A stretch of 64,000 bases of DNA from Gammaproteobacteria bacterium (GCA_965222155.1 CBDCTH010000012.1:2016001-2080000); one strand, 5' to 3'. Positions 42,214 to 53,469 are shown, counted from the stretch's first letter. Notes: generated by a model not told the origin, from the letters alone. Numbers and translations: made by a program.

Positions 42214-43314
42214 CAAAGCCTTGCCCAGCGCCTTGAGAAATTTGGCGTTTTCCTGTTCCAGGCCGATGGTCACCCGCAGGTGGTTGGGTAACCCGTATTC
42301 AAGCACGGGTCTGACGATGACGCCGTCTTTCAGCATGGCCTGGTAAACAGGGTCGGCCGGCCGTTCCAGATCAAAAGTGATGAAATTGGCTATGGACTCT
42401 ATCCACTGAATCCCCAGGTCGGCGAAGCCCGAAATCAGTGTCTGCATGCCCTGATCGTTGATTGCCACACTGTGGCGCAGGTGTTCCTGGTCCTTCAATG
42501 CAACTTCCGCGGCGTGTAGCGCCAGGGTATTCACATTGAAAGGCTGCCTTACCCGGTTCATTAAATCCGCCATGTCGGGGTGGCTTACGGCATAGCCGAC
42601 CCGGAGCCCGGCCAGCCCGTAGGCTTTGGAAAAAGTACGAGTAATTACCAGGTTGGGAAAATCCGCCAGGAAGTCTACCGAATTCGGGTAATCATCACAC
42701 AAGGAAACGGCAAATTCATAATAGGCCTCATCGATCACCACTATCACGTCTTCAGGCACGGAAGCCAAAAACGACCGCAACTCGCTCTTGTCGATCCAAC
42801 TGCCGGTCGGATTGTTCGGGTTATCAATAAAGATCAGCCGGGTGCGGCTGCTGACTGCATCCAGCATCGCTGCCAGGTCATGCCGGTAATCCCGGGTGGG
42901 CGTGACGACGGGAGTAGCGCCGATCGCATGGGTTGCCAGGTGATAAACAATAAATGCATTTTCAGAATAGATCACCTCATGGGCGCCGCTGACGATACTG
43001 CGGGCAGCCAGTTCGAGCACGTCGTTGGAACCGTTGCCCAGGGTAATCTGCTCCGGACTGACGCCGTGAAAGTCCGCCAGTGCGCGCTTCAGGGAAGAAC
43101 CTGAACCGTCCGGATAACGGCTCAAGTCAAACCCGTCCGCCGCCAGCGCCTGCAGCACTTTTTTACTGGGACCCAGCGAACTTTCATTGGAAGCCAGTTT
43201 GATCACGTTGGTCAAACCAAGCTCCTGGCGCACTTCGTCCGCGGATTTGCCGGGCCGGTAGGTTGGTAAAGCGGCAATCCCCGGCGTCGCTAATCTGGTA
43301 ATATCGATAGTCAT
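42184..43314 (-). CDS. hisC: histidinol-phosphate/aromatic aminotransferase
   Basis: KLASNE, NPNNPTG, DEAY, RTFSKAYGLAGLRVGY. Confidence 0.95.
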   Translation of the reverse strand: MTIDITRLATPGIAALPTYRPGKSADEVRQELGLTNVIKLASNESSLGPSKKVLQALAADGFDLSRYPDGSGSSLKRALADFHGVSPEQITLGNGSNDVLELAARSIVSGAHEVIYSENAFIVYHLATHAIGATPVVTPTRDYRHDLAAMLDAVSSRTRLIFIDNPNNPTGSWIDKSELRSFLASVPEDVIVVIDEAYYEFAVSLCDDYPNSVDFLADFPNLVITRTFSKAYGLAGLRVGYAVSHPDMADLMNRVRQPFNVNTLALHAAEVALKDQEHLRHSVAINDQGMQTLISGFADLGIQWIESIANFITFDLERPADPVYQAMLKDGVIVRPVLEYGLPNHLRVTIGLEQENAKFLKALGKALATEDTEITE

Positions 43315-43341
43315 GAGATGTGATTGATTATTTTCTAGTCA

Positions 43342-43468
43342 GCCACAGAGTACATGGAAATCACAGAGTGAAACGGGGCAGCAGTTAAGATTTGGGTAGC
43401 TTGCATGTTCTGCGATTCACCTGTTACGTTATTCATACTGTTTTTTCTTTCTCTGTGCCCTCTGTGGC
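43342..43468. mobile_element. GCCACAGAG-family MITE, copy 6
   Basis: Internal region is the reverse complement of copy 5. Confidence 0.8.
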
Positions 43469-43490
43469 AAATAAACCGGCGGAATCCAGG

Positions 43491-44570
43491 TCAGCACGCC
43501 GCGGGATAGGACCCCAGCAACTTCATCATGGCGGCCTTGTCACGCAACTCGGCCAGGGCCTGCGCTATATCTTCATCGTCTGCATGACCGGCGATATCCA
43601 CGAAAAATACGTATTCCCACATGCCCTGGCGCGCCGGCCTCGATTCTATCCTCGTCATATTCACGTCGTGCTGCGAGAAACAGGCAAGCATGTTCATCAA
43701 TGCGCCGGGCTTGCTGGGCATGGCAAATAATACCGAAGTCTTGTCATTACCGCTGGGCGGCAGCGTTTCCTTGCCAAGCACCAGGAACCGCGTTGTATTA
43801 TCAGGATCATCCTCTATGTTTTTCCTGAGAATGGGTAAATTGTAAGTCATTGCCGCCCGCTCTCCTGCAACGGCCGCGCTGTTCTCATTCTTGCCGGCAT
43901 TTAACGCCGCGTCCGCGTTACTCGGCATGGCAATACGCCGGGCCTGTTCCAGGTTCGCATCGAGCCAGCGGCGACACTGCGCCAATGACTGCTCATGGGA
44001 ATACACGATTTCAATATCTTCCATATTTTCCGAGTGGCTGAGCAAATGCTGATGGATACGCAATTCCACTTCACCACAGAGTTTCAGGTCGGAAACCAGC
44101 AGCATGTCCAGCGTATGGTTGATCGCGCCTTCAATCGAATTCTCTACGGGAACCACTCCGTATTGACATACGCCTGCTTCGACTTCCCGGAATACCTGGT
44201 CAATACTGCCCAGCAGGGACAGTTTAACCGACTGCCCGAACTGTTTCAGCGCCGCGGATTGGGTGAACGTTCCTTCCGGCCCCAGGCAAGCGATACCAAG
44301 TGGCGCCTCCAGGGCCAGGCAGGCAGACATGACCTCCCGCACCAGCCTGCTGATCTCATCATCCGGCAAGGGCCCGGTGTTAAGGTTCTTCACCCTTTCC
44401 AATACCCGGGCTTCACGCTCAGGCCGATATAACGGAAGCTCATCGTTCAGCTGTTTTTTTACCTCAGCGACTTCCAGCGCCAGGCGCGCGCGCCGGTTGA
44501 GCAACTCGACCAGTTGCTCATCCAGGGCATCAATTTTACTCCTTAATTGTTCCAGCCTTGAATTTTTCAC
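43491..44570 (-). CDS. pheA: chorismate mutase/prephenate dehydratase
   Basis: LRSKIDALD, LGPEGTF, PVENSIEG, NTTRF, IESRP. Confidence 0.97.
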   Translation of the reverse strand: MKNSRLEQLRSKIDALDEQLVELLNRRARLALEVAEVKKQLNDELPLYRPEREARVLERVKNLNTGPLPDDEISRLVREVMSACLALEAPLGIACLGPEGTFTQSAALKQFGQSVKLSLLGSIDQVFREVEAGVCQYGVVPVENSIEGAINHTLDMLLVSDLKLCGEVELRIHQHLLSHSENMEDIEIVYSHEQSLAQCRRWLDANLEQARRIAMPSNADAALNAGKNENSAAVAGERAAMTYNLPILRKNIEDDPDNTTRFLVLGKETLPPSGNDKTSVLFAMPSKPGALMNMLACFSQHDVNMTRIESRPARQGMWEYVFFVDIAGHADDEDIAQALAELRDKAAMMKLLGSYPAAC

Positions 44571-44602
44571 GAATTATTGTTTTGTACCAGCCTTCCCCCG
44601 GC

Positions 44603-45703
44603 TCACCCATTACGTGCGGCAAAATCTGCCATGAATTCAATTAACGTATCCACTCCGGCTTCAGGCATCCCATTGTACATGCTTGCCCGCATCCCGCCCA
44701 CGCTGCGATGGCCTTTCAATTCAATCAACCCGCTGTCCCCGGCGCCGGCAAGAAATGTGCCGTCAAGATTCGGGTGCGCCAGGATGAACGGTACGTTCAT
44801 CCTCGAACGATAAGGTCCGGCAACGGGATTACTGTAAAAATCATGGCCGTCGATGAAATCATACAACCTGCCTGAACGGCGCAATGCGTTCTCGTGCATT
44901 TGTTCTACCCCCCCCTGCTCCCTGATCCAGGCAAACGTCAAACCCGCCATGTACCAGTTAAAGACAGACGGCGTATTGAACATGGAATCATGCTCGGCCA
45001 GAATTTTAAAATCGTATAATACCGGTATATCCGGACGCGCCCGGCCAAGCAGGTCTTCCCGAACCAGGGCGATAGTCAAACCGGCCGGGGCAATATTCTT
45101 TTGTGCGCCCGCAAATATCAGCCCATACCGATCTACCGGCACGGGACGGGATAAAAAATTAGATGTCATATCACAGACCAGTACAGCATTCCCATAAGCG
45201 TCCGGCAACACCGGCGTAGCCTGGAATTCCACCCCTGTAATCGTTTCATTATCACAATAATACAGGTAGGCGGGGCGCTCACTGAGGCGCCAATCATCCT
45301 GGTCAGGGATAGTGGTGAAATTCGCAGCTGCTGACGTGGCGGCAATATTCACGTTCGTCAGGCGGCCGGCCTCTTTGGCGGCCTTTTCCGACCAGGCGCC
45401 CGTAACCACGTAATCTGCGCCGGACGATTTGTTACACAGGTTCAACGGTGCCATACTCATCACGTGTGTAGCGCCGCCTTGCAGGAACAGTATCCTGTAA
45501 TTTTCCGGGATATGGAGCAACCCGGTTAAATCCATGACGGACTGCTCGGCTATGCCCTTGAATGCCCGGCTCCTGTGGCTCATTTCAGCAATGGAGATGC
45601 CGAGACCGTGCCAATCGAGAAATTCTTCCTGAACCTTTGCCATCACCTCCCGGGGCAGCAGCGCGGGACCGGCGCTGAAATTATAGACGGGGTTTGTGGA
45701 CAT
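44603..45703 (-). CDS. serC: phosphoserine aminotransferase
   Basis: NFSAGP, EMSHRS, GAQKN, GHRSVGGMRAS. Confidence 0.98.
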   Translation of the reverse strand: MSTNPVYNFSAGPALLPREVMAKVQEEFLDWHGLGISIAEMSHRSRAFKGIAEQSVMDLTGLLHIPENYRILFLQGGATHVMSMAPLNLCNKSSGADYVVTGAWSEKAAKEAGRLTNVNIAATSAAANFTTIPDQDDWRLSERPAYLYYCDNETITGVEFQATPVLPDAYGNAVLVCDMTSNFLSRPVPVDRYGLIFAGAQKNIAPAGLTIALVREDLLGRARPDIPVLYDFKILAEHDSMFNTPSVFNWYMAGLTFAWIREQGGVEQMHENALRRSGRLYDFIDGHDFYSNPVAGPYRSRMNVPFILAHPNLDGTFLAGAGDSGLIELKGHRSVGGMRASMYNGMPEAGVDTLIEFMADFAARNG

Positions 45704-45725
45704 ATTTTATCCTGACGGCGGGAAA

Positions 45726-48299
45726 TTACGCCGCGGGCGGCGCATCGTCACTACTATTATCTTCTCCGTATTCAATAATCCGTTCAAGTCCGGCAAGGCT
45801 CTCGGATTCATTCAGGTTGACCAGTGTCACCCCCATGGTATTCCGGCCGATTACCGATACCTCGCTGACCGGCATCCGGATCAAGGTACCCTGGTCGCTT
45901 ATCAGCATGATCTCATCGTCTTCATCGACCATCTGAGCTCCGACTACTTTGCCGTTGCGCGCATCGGTATGGATGGATATCACGCCCTGGCCGCCGCGAC
46001 CGCGTACCGGGTAGTCCTCGATCGGGGTGCGTTTGCCATAGCCATGCTCGGTGACGGTCAATACGGCTTTGCCCTCTTTGACGATGATCAGGGAAATGAC
46101 GTTATCATCGGGACCCAGCCTGATCCCCCTTACACCACGCGCGGTTCTGCCCATGGAGCGCACATCGGATTCCTTGAAACGGATTACCTTGCCGGCATCA
46201 CTGAACAGCATCACGTCATCATTACCGTCCGTCAGTTCGACACCCACCAGTTGATTGCCCTCGACCAGCTCAATCGCCCTGATGCCGCTTGGCCTGGCTC
46301 TGGAAAAGCTCTTAAGCGCCGTCTTCTTGGTGGTGCCATCCCTGGTTGCCATGAAAACGAACAGATCTTCGCTGAACTCCCGTATCGGTAAAACTGCATT
46401 GATGCGCTCACCCTCATCCAGGGGCAACAGGTTGACGATGGGTTTACCCTTGGCGGAGCGGCTGGCCTGGGGCAACTGATACACCTTCAGCCAGTACAGC
46501 CTGCCCAGGCTGGAAAAGCACAGCATGGTATCGTGGGTGCTGGCAATGAACAGTTTGTCGACAAAATCCTCATTTTTCACAACGGTAGCCGACTTACCCC
46601 TGCCGCCGCGGCGTTGTATCCGGTAACCATCCAGGGGTTGCGTTTTTGCGTAACCCGCATGGGACAGGGTTACCACCACATCCTGTTCGGTGATCAGGTC
46701 TTCCAGGGTCAGGTCCAGCTGGTCTTCGATAATCACAGTGCGCCGCGCATCGCCATACTGCTCACGGATCTCCTCCAGTTCCGTTCTGATTACATCCAGC
46801 AGCCGTTGCGGGCGCGCCAGAACGTCAAGCAGGTCAGCAATCCTGTCCAGCAACTCCCGGTATTCACTGGTTATCTTTTCCTGCTCCAGTCCGGTCAGTT
46901 TCTGCAGGCGCATATCCAGTATGGCCTGGGCCTGTACGTTCGACAGGCGATATCCGTCCGCCGTCAATCCCAACTCTTTCGGCAGGTCATCGGGCCTGGA
47001 AATATCCGCGCTTACCCCTTCCAGCAGTGCGACAACCGCTCCCGGTTGCCACGGCGCTGCCAGCAGGCCGCGTTTTGCCTCGGCCGGCGTGGCGGATCGT
47101 TTGATAAGGTCGATCATCGGATCGATGTTGGCCAGCGCCGCCGCCAACCCTTCCAGGATGTGCGCACGAGCCCTGGCTTTACGCAAATCGAACAGGGTAC
47201 GCCGGATTACCACCTCGCGCCGGTGCCGGATAAATGCATCCAGCATGCCCTTGAGGGTCATCAGGCGGGGCTGTCCGTCCTCCAGCGCTACCAGGTTGAT
47301 ACCGAAAACGCTCTGTATCGCGGTGAACTGGTACAGGTTATTAAGGATGACCTCCGGCACTTCGCCGCGCCGCAGTTCGATAACCAGCCGCATGCCATCC
47401 TTATCGGACTCATCGCGCAACTCGCGAATGCCGGTCAGCTTTTTGTCTTTAACCAGCTCGGCTATCTTTTCCTGCAGCCTGGCCTTATTCACCTGGTAAG
47501 GTAATTCGGTAATGACAATGGCATTCTGCCCGGATTTTTCATCAGTTTCGATGTGTGAACGGGCGCGCATGTAAATGCGCCCGCGCCCGGTGCGGTAGGC
47601 TTCGTGAATGCCCTGGGAACCGTTAATGATACCGGCAGTAGGGAAATCCGGTCCCGGTATATACTCGATCAGTTGTTCTACGCTGAGATTTTCATCCTCT
47701 ATGAGCGCAATACAAGCATTAACCACTTCAATTAAATTATGCGGTGGGATATTAGTCGCCATACCGACGGCAATGCCGCTGGAACCGTTAATCAGGAGGT
47801 TGGGCAGGCGCGTGGGCAGCACCACGGGTTCATGTTCCGCACCGTCATAATTCGGCACATAATCGACGGTTTCCTTATCTATGTCCTCCAACAGCTCATG
47901 CGCGATTCTGGACATACGTATTTCGGTATAGCGCATGGCGGCCGGGGCATCGCCATCCACCGAGCCGAAGTTACCCTGGCCGTCCACCAGTACGTAACGC
48001 AACGAGAAATCCTGGGCCATACGCACTATCGTGTCGTAAACGGCAGAATCTCCGTGGGGGTGATATTTACCAATGACGTCACCGACGATACGCGCGGATT
48101 TCTTGTACGACTTATTGTAATCATTGCCCATTTCGTTCATGGCAAACAATACCCGTCTGTGGACAGGTTTGAGTCCGTCACGAACGTCCGGCAAAGCCCT
48201 GCCGACGATGACGCTCATAGCGTAATCCATGTAGGATTGACGCATTTCATCTTCAATGTTTACCGGTAGAACAGACCGGGCTATCTCGTTGTTAGGCAT
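45726..48299 (-). CDS. gyrA: DNA gyrase subunit A
   Basis: [17 protein letters not shown], GyrA box QRRGGRG. Confidence 0.99.
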   Translation of the reverse strand: MPNNEIARSVLPVNIEDEMRQSYMDYAMSVIVGRALPDVRDGLKPVHRRVLFAMNEMGNDYNKSYKKSARIVGDVIGKYHPHGDSAVYDTIVRMAQDFSLRYVLVDGQGNFGSVDGDAPAAMRYTEIRMSRIAHELLEDIDKETVDYVPNYDGAEHEPVVLPTRLPNLLINGSSGIAVGMATNIPPHNLIEVVNACIALIEDENLSVEQLIEYIPGPDFPTAGIINGSQGIHEAYRTGRGRIYMRARSHIETDEKSGQNAIVITELPYQVNKARLQEKIAELVKDKKLTGIRELRDESDKDGMRLVIELRRGEVPEVILNNLYQFTAIQSVFGINLVALEDGQPRLMTLKGMLDAFIRHRREVVIRRTLFDLRKARARAHILEGLAAALANIDPMIDLIKRSATPAEAKRGLLAAPWQPGAVVALLEGVSADISRPDDLPKELGLTADGYRLSNVQAQAILDMRLQKLTGLEQEKITSEYRELLDRIADLLDVLARPQRLLDVIRTELEEIREQYGDARRTVIIEDQLDLTLEDLITEQDVVVTLSHAGYAKTQPLDGYRIQRRGGRGKSATVVKNEDFVDKLFIASTHDTMLCFSSLGRLYWLKVYQLPQASRSAKGKPIVNLLPLDEGERINAVLPIREFSEDLFVFMATRDGTTKKTALKSFSRARPSGIRAIELVEGNQLVGVELTDGNDDVMLFSDAGKVIRFKESDVRSMGRTARGVRGIRLGPDDNVISLIIVKEGKAVLTVTEHGYGKRTPIEDYPVRGRGGQGVISIHTDARNGKVVGAQMVDEDDEIMLISDQGTLIRMPVSEVSVIGRNTMGVTLVNLNESESLAGLERIIEYGEDNSSDDAPPAA

Positions 48300-48424
48300 G
48301 TCTCTCTAATCAGGCACACAAACAGGTTCGTTCCCTGCTGTTTCCGCTTGGATTGGAATAAGATATAAGGGCGAAAATTCTACCACAATACTCCTGGTAA
48401 CGATACTGTTATGACTGAGTCAGG

Positions 48425-48591
48425 CGCTCCCGCTAACTCCCGGGATCGAGGGCATCCTGCCCTCGTGGAGGGCGAGACGCCCTCCCTCCCAGGGAAACAG
48501 GCCCCGTGACTCCTGGGGGACAGATTTAAATCTGTCCCCTCTGTCTTCGAAGCCGGCAAGAATCACTGTATTGACCTCGATTTAGCGGGAA
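48425..48591. repeat. composite repeat module bounded by TCCCGCTAA/TTAGCGGGA, containing REP-like hairpins
   Basis: GAGGGCATCCTGCCCTC, GAGGGCGAGACGCCCTC and GGGGACAGATTTAAATCTGTCCCC (48516-48539). Confidence 0.6.
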
Positions 48592-48793
48592 CAGCTGTGA
48601 CTGAGTTGCAGCAGCTCCCACTAACCCGGATTTCTCGGGAACGGCTGCGTGATGATTGAGAGAAATTTCGGAAACAACTGAATGAACGTTAAGGAGAGAC
48701 GCACATGAAATATGAGCCTAAATCTCGCGCTCTGCCATGTGAGTAGCCGTAGCTACCTGACATGCCCGATGGTGTGACTACAAAGCCGAAACG

Positions 48794-49228
48794 TTATTCT
48801 TGGCTAATATATTCCCAGTGTCTATTTAGCCCGATAATTTGAAATTTAGCCGGGTAGATGATTCCAGCTATGGACACTGTTCCGACCCCGTTTGTATCGC
48901 CCTCCATTGTAGACTGAGACAACTGGACTAGGCCTTTTCCACTGGGATGACCACCGTCTAATAGAGCCAAGTTATAGTCTAACTGCGAGAAACATCGCCA
49001 TTTTTCCGTTGCAATCTTCGGGCTTTCCTGCGCCTGAATATTGAAAGTTATCAGTACGAAGACAATAACTATAGGCAGAAAGTGTCCTCCCAAGAGAAAC
49101 ACACATTGTTCGACATATGACAGATGGTCATCCATTCTGTTGAAAAGTGGGACGGTGAGTCCAGCTAGGCTGATTCCAACCAGGATGATCATAATGATGA
49201 CAGCAAGAATGCCGGTGAGTACAGACAT
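48794..49228 (-). CDS. hypothetical membrane protein, possibly truncated
   Basis: AGGAGG-like RBS before ATG 49228, two hydrophobic segments. Confidence 0.5.
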   Translation of the reverse strand: MSVLTGILAVIIMIILVGISLAGLTVPLFNRMDDHLSYVEQCVFLLGGHFLPIVIVFVLITFNIQAQESPKIATEKWRCFSQLDYNLALLDGGHPSGKGLVQLSQSTMEGDTNGVGTVSIAGIIYPAKFQIIGLNRHWEYISQE

Positions 49229-49380
49229 AATTCCAGTTACTTCCCCTCCTTGTAAGCAAGACACACCAGGCCGCCGCGTCCGGTCAATAAATCGTTAGTA
49301 TTTGCGATTGTGTAAGGTATGATTGCATAAGCTTTGCCTGTTGCAACCACCGGGTGATATTAATTGATTACACAACATTA

Positions 49381-49488
49381 TTAAGGGAACCTCTAATAAT
49401 TGACAGTTTTTGATACACAGGGTCGCTAACTTATTGAAATCATTGACCGCTAATATATCAATTTGTGAATAAATAGAGGTTCCCTTAA
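49381..49488. mobile_element. 100-bp MITE with GGGAACCTCTA TIRs and TTAA flanks
   Basis: TTAA-GGGAACCTCTA...TAGAGGTTCCC-TTAA; YTAR duplications are typical of IS5-group elements. Confidence 0.7.
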
Positions 49489-49547
49489 TTATTATATAGG
49501 AAAGGCTTTTTTGATTCCCGCACTTTCTAATGCGGGATTAGGGTTTT

Positions 49548-50042
49548 TTATCCAGCTCCCAGAACAAACCTTGCTCTTTCCCGGCGCAACATTTCGTAGG
49601 GGTTGATGCAGCGAAGATCGAGACCGAGGCAGACATTTGGAATCTTGATCTTCTTTATGGTTTCGGCGGGCACTTCGTGGCTGACGATAGCGCAGCGGTG
49701 CGCCAGGGCGTGGGCGACAAGCCAGTAGTCCGCGACCTGCAAAAAGGTGGCGACGGCAGAGGCATCGTAATCCTGGTTGCTTACCCAAGCGCTGACCCTC
49801 CCAAGAGCAGGGATAACCTTCTCATCAGGCCTCAGAAAGAAGTCATCGCCGCGCGCCTCGGCCCATTTCGCCAGGTCATCATTGCCAGCATGCAACTCGC
49901 CGGCGACCTTCTCGATACTCGCTACATTTCCCGCTTTGTTCTGCCCAACCAGCCAATCCCAGAAGGCGGGACAAAAGTCGAAGCCGTAGTGCAGATTCTT
50001 CGCCTGGATGAAGACGTTCGCATCAAGGAGATACCTGGTCAT
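49548..50042 (-). CDS. DUF4411-type PIN-domain protein
   Basis: YLLDANVFIQA, FCPAFWDWL, ADYWLVAHA, KIKIPNVC. Confidence 0.88.
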   Translation of the reverse strand: MTRYLLDANVFIQAKNLHYGFDFCPAFWDWLVGQNKAGNVASIEKVAGELHAGNDDLAKWAEARGDDFFLRPDEKVIPALGRVSAWVSNQDYDASAVATFLQVADYWLVAHALAHRCAIVSHEVPAETIKKIKIPNVCLGLDLRCINPYEMLRRERARFVLGAG

Positions 50043-51193
50043 CCCGTGACCCCGACTTCGCGCCCAAGATTATTAAATGTCTCGTTCCTGGACACGCCAA
50101 GCATCCGGAAGGCGTCTCGATAGAGTGTCCGGCCTTCAAGCGTGCTGACCACGAGCGATCGAGCGAACCTCCGGCCCACACGCGCTAGGGTCGTGCGGTA
50201 GAAATCGCCGCCTCCAGCACCGCGTTGTGCGAGGGGACGCAGACGTGTGATTTCCTGCGCCCAGACGATATCGAAACTGTCGCGGTCGAGCCAGCCTGTA
50301 TCGAGCAAACGCCGCAGAATGACCAAGGTGCTGACCTTGAAGGACCTTGCCAGCCGTGACAGTGCCATCGGGAGTGTCTCATTTTTGTGCAGTTCGGCTT
50401 GCAATGCGGCAAACGGCACCAGCAACTCCGCCGCCACGGCGTTGCACCAGACCTCCTCAGGCCGAAACCCCGGCGTAGGGGCAGCATTGGCGTTCGACAG
50501 GGCGGACGCACCCAGCCACAGGTGCGCAAGCTCGTGGGCGAGCGTGAACATCTGCGCCGCCTTGGTGTCCGCGCCGTTGATAAAGATCAGCGGTGCAAGA
50601 GGATCGCACAGGGCGAAACCACGAAATTCGGCAGGGTCCAAGCGACGATGGTTGTTACTCATCACAACCCCGCTCACCATGACGAGCACACCAGCTTCAT
50701 CGGCTTGGCGGATAAACAGCCGCAAGGCCTCGGACCATGTCGGACACTCTCGACGGGCAGTCAGATTGAAACCGAGCGTTTCACTCATCCGGACCGCGAC
50801 TGTCTTCGGCGCTGTCTCAACCGTGGCGCTGCCGACGAAGCCGAGCTCTGGCTGCCGCTCGATTCGGACGAAATCTCGATACCAGATCTGCCGTTCCTGA
50901 CAGGCATAGATCGTATCCAGAAGGTTCGGGCTCGGACGCGCCACGGCTTGCCCGGAAAAGGTGCGGAAGTCCGGGATGGGAACAGTCTCATCGGGGGGCT
51001 CCGTCAGGAAAAGATAGCCGACCGGTACATGAACGGCGCGGGCAAATGCCTCCACCTGCTTCAGGGTGGGCTGGGTCTTACCGTCCTCCCACTCCTGCAG
51101 TTTCCTGAACCTGGTCGCAAGATCCTCCTGCGCCAGCCCGCACCGTTCACGCGCCCAGCGGAGGAGTTCAGGAGAGACGGCGACGCGTATCAT
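50039..51193 (-). CDS. XRE-HTH plus ImmA/IrrE Zn metallopeptidase
   Basis: N-terminal HTH (LRWARER..WEDG..PT), FTLAHELAH. Confidence 0.92.
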   Translation of the reverse strand: MIRVAVSPELLRWARERCGLAQEDLATRFRKLQEWEDGKTQPTLKQVEAFARAVHVPVGYLFLTEPPDETVPIPDFRTFSGQAVARPSPNLLDTIYACQERQIWYRDFVRIERQPELGFVGSATVETAPKTVAVRMSETLGFNLTARRECPTWSEALRLFIRQADEAGVLVMVSGVVMSNNHRRLDPAEFRGFALCDPLAPLIFINGADTKAAQMFTLAHELAHLWLGASALSNANAAPTPGFRPEEVWCNAVAAELLVPFAALQAELHKNETLPMALSRLARSFKVSTLVILRRLLDTGWLDRDSFDIVWAQEITRLRPLAQRGAGGGDFYRTTLARVGRRFARSLVVSTLEGRTLYRDAFRMLGVSRNETFNNLGREVGVTG

Positions 51194-52100
51194 GTCATGG
51201 CCTCTGCCGCTCGTTCAGCCTCGTCAAGACGGATTTCACCGGATACGAGTTTCGGAAATAGTGTGTCGCGCAGAGTAGTAAAAGTGTGGGATTCATGTAA
51301 ATTAGCGAGGATTCGGCTCATTATTGGCTGAACTACAGCTTCAGATGTACTGGCTAACTTAGCGGGTGGAATTACCGCATCAACCAGTTTGAAAGTTTGT
51401 CGTGTAATCGTGTCAAAAATCGTTCCATGAGTTCGTCTTTGTAACTCATCTACAGCCATCCTGATATTTAAGTAAGTGAAGAAGTCAGGATAACCGTGAG
51501 CACCACGAATGCCGTAACACGTCTGATTCATGGCCATTGGTATCCCGAGACAAGCTAACCTTCCGACGGTGCCCCTTGCTGTGATAACGGTTGTGTATGC
51601 AGGAAGGATTTTCGCCGCGCTGTTCTCAACCCCTTCCTGTGTAATCTTTCTCTCGGTTTCCAGTACGAACACGTCACTTGGTGAGGGAGAATCCTTCGCC
51701 GTGTACCAAGGAGTGTTTCCATCCCAGTATTTTGATACGGATGTACTGGGGGTACCGCCACTGGAAATTTCTATCATATCATCCAACACTCCCACCCCCC
51801 ACCCCTCCGGTATCTCTCCGAATTGGGAGTCGACAAGTCTGCCGGGAAACAAGTCGGCGAGGTGTCGGGGCAGATCAGGGTCTCGGCCTTCCATCTTGGC
51901 ACGGACGGGGCCGAAATCGACGAACCAGTCCTTGAAGATCGCCCGCGCCATGGCCTCCAGCGTCTCGTTCATGCGCCGGTTCAACTCGATCTTGTCGTCC
52001 AGCGTACCGAGGATATGAGCGATGGCGCGTTGTTCGGGGAGTGAAGGGAGTGGGATTTCAACGCGCAGGATATCGTCCTTGCGTAGTCCGAATCTCGTTC
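51190..52100 (-). pseudogene. hsdS: type I restriction specificity subunit, C-terminal half
   Basis: In-frame upstream of ORF 51190..51984: [37 protein letters not shown]; GEIPEGW, SGGTP, LRDTLFPKLVSGE. Confidence 0.85.
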
Positions 52101-52460
52101 TGTAACTTGACCAAGAGGCACGGCCCGGAATGCGTCCACGTTCTCTCCTGTATCCCGTAAGACCATATAATCCCGCTCGATCTCTCGGTGAAACCGCTCC
52201 GGCAGACGCGCCCAGTCTCTTGCCTCAACCAGAAAGGGGATAGTCGACTCCCGCACAGCTTCCTCGAAATCGACCAGGGAATCTATCGGAATCTTGTTCA
52301 GGCCCAGCCCGCGCAGTACCAGATCGAGATCGCTGCCGTCATGGCTGCACCCGTTCACCCGGCTGCCGTAGGCCCAGACCTCAACCTCGGGCAGATGCTT
52401 CTGCAACAGCGCCTCCAGCAGCCGACGGTGCTTGGGCAGCAGACGCAGCCTGTCAGTCAT
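51981..52460 (-). CDS. MNT nucleotidyltransferase domain, originally fused to the HsdS N-terminus
   Basis: [13 protein letters not shown]; continues into VPLGQV then goes out of frame. Confidence 0.75.
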   Translation of the reverse strand: MTDRLRLLPKHRRLLEALLQKHLPEVEVWAYGSRVNGCSHDGSDLDLVLRGLGLNKIPIDSLVDFEEAVRESTIPFLVEARDWARLPERFHREIERDYMVLRDTGENVDAFRAVPLGQVTERDSDYARTISCALKSHSLHSPNNAPSLISSVRWTTRSS

Positions 52461-52990
52461 TGTCTGCCGCCTCGATCATGTCGACCAGCACCTTGATGTT
52501 CCCGGCGATGGCGGCGTCCAGCCGCGCGCCTTCGGCGTGCTGCTCGTGCAGTTGCGCGACGAGTCGCTTCATCTTGTCCTCGAACGGTTCGCCGTCATCC
52601 TCCTGCGGCGGCGCGCCGACATAGCGGCCGGGGGTCAGCACATGGCCGTACTTGCGCACATCATCAAGCGGCGCGCTCTGGCAGAAGCCGGGGACGTCAA
52701 CGTATTCGCCTGCATCCTTCTCGCCGCGCCAGTCGGAGACGTTGAAGGGCGGGTTGGCAAGGATGAAATCTGCTTTGAGATGGGGATGGCGGTCGTTGTT
52801 GAAGCTGTCGCCGTGGGCGGTCTGACCCTCGATGCCGCGGATAGCGAGGTTCATCTTCGCCAGCCGCCAAGTCGTGTAGTTGAACTCCTGGCCGTAAATG
52901 CTGATGTCGCGCCTGGCTCTGCCACCATTGCCGTTACCCTCTGCTTTCGTCTTCGCGCCATGCGCTATCTCTCCGGTTGAGTGAGATGCC
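52453..52990 (-). pseudogene. hsdM: type I methyltransferase remnant with internal deletion
   Basis: [28 protein letters not shown] joined directly to [14 protein letters not shown]. Confidence 0.85.
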
Positions 52991-53024
52991 ATATTTCGTG
53001 TCTGTCGGGGGTTATGCACCCGTA

Positions 53025-53077
53025 CAGCAATCCATACTCCATCTTCATCCCGGTCAATGGTCATTGATGAATTTCAT
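53025..53077 (-). pseudogene. HicB-like antitoxin 5' fragment
   Basis: MKFI/(frameshift)[12 protein letters not shown]. Confidence 0.45.
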
Positions 53078-53469
53078 GAATCCTATTATTCATCATGTTC
53101 GCGGAAAGTGTAACCGATAATGCTTCAAGATTACATCAACTGTCCGGGTTCAACAGGACCATCTTATAGTTCCCCCGGTCTGGAGGCTGTTACATGGGGG
53201 GCGGTCAGGCTGGCCCTATGGTCTGTCGATTTGTACTTTTTGGCAGCTTGTTTCAGTTTTAGCGGCTTGCTACGGGTCTGATTTGCGCGTTGGGCGTGGG
53301 TTTGAGGTCGCTGCGAGTCAGTGCGGGCCAAGCCCGTCGACGGCGTTCTGAAACATCAGAACATCCGGTTGAGCACGTAGTTTAATCAGGAACCCAACCA
53401 ACGAAACACAGTACAGGACGCCCACCCATTTTCCTACTGCGCCCCAAGTTAAAGGTGGAGCTTTCTCCA

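Noticed and set aside
46533-47504. Long antisense ORFs over gyrA
   Set aside because: Shadow frames of a GC-rich conserved gene
50387-51331. 314-aa plus-strand ORF
   Set aside because: Antisense to the clear ImmA/IrrE gene, no motifs
53160-53400. Possible structured ncRNA or IS end
   Set aside because: Only short hairpins and no family features I can support by eye
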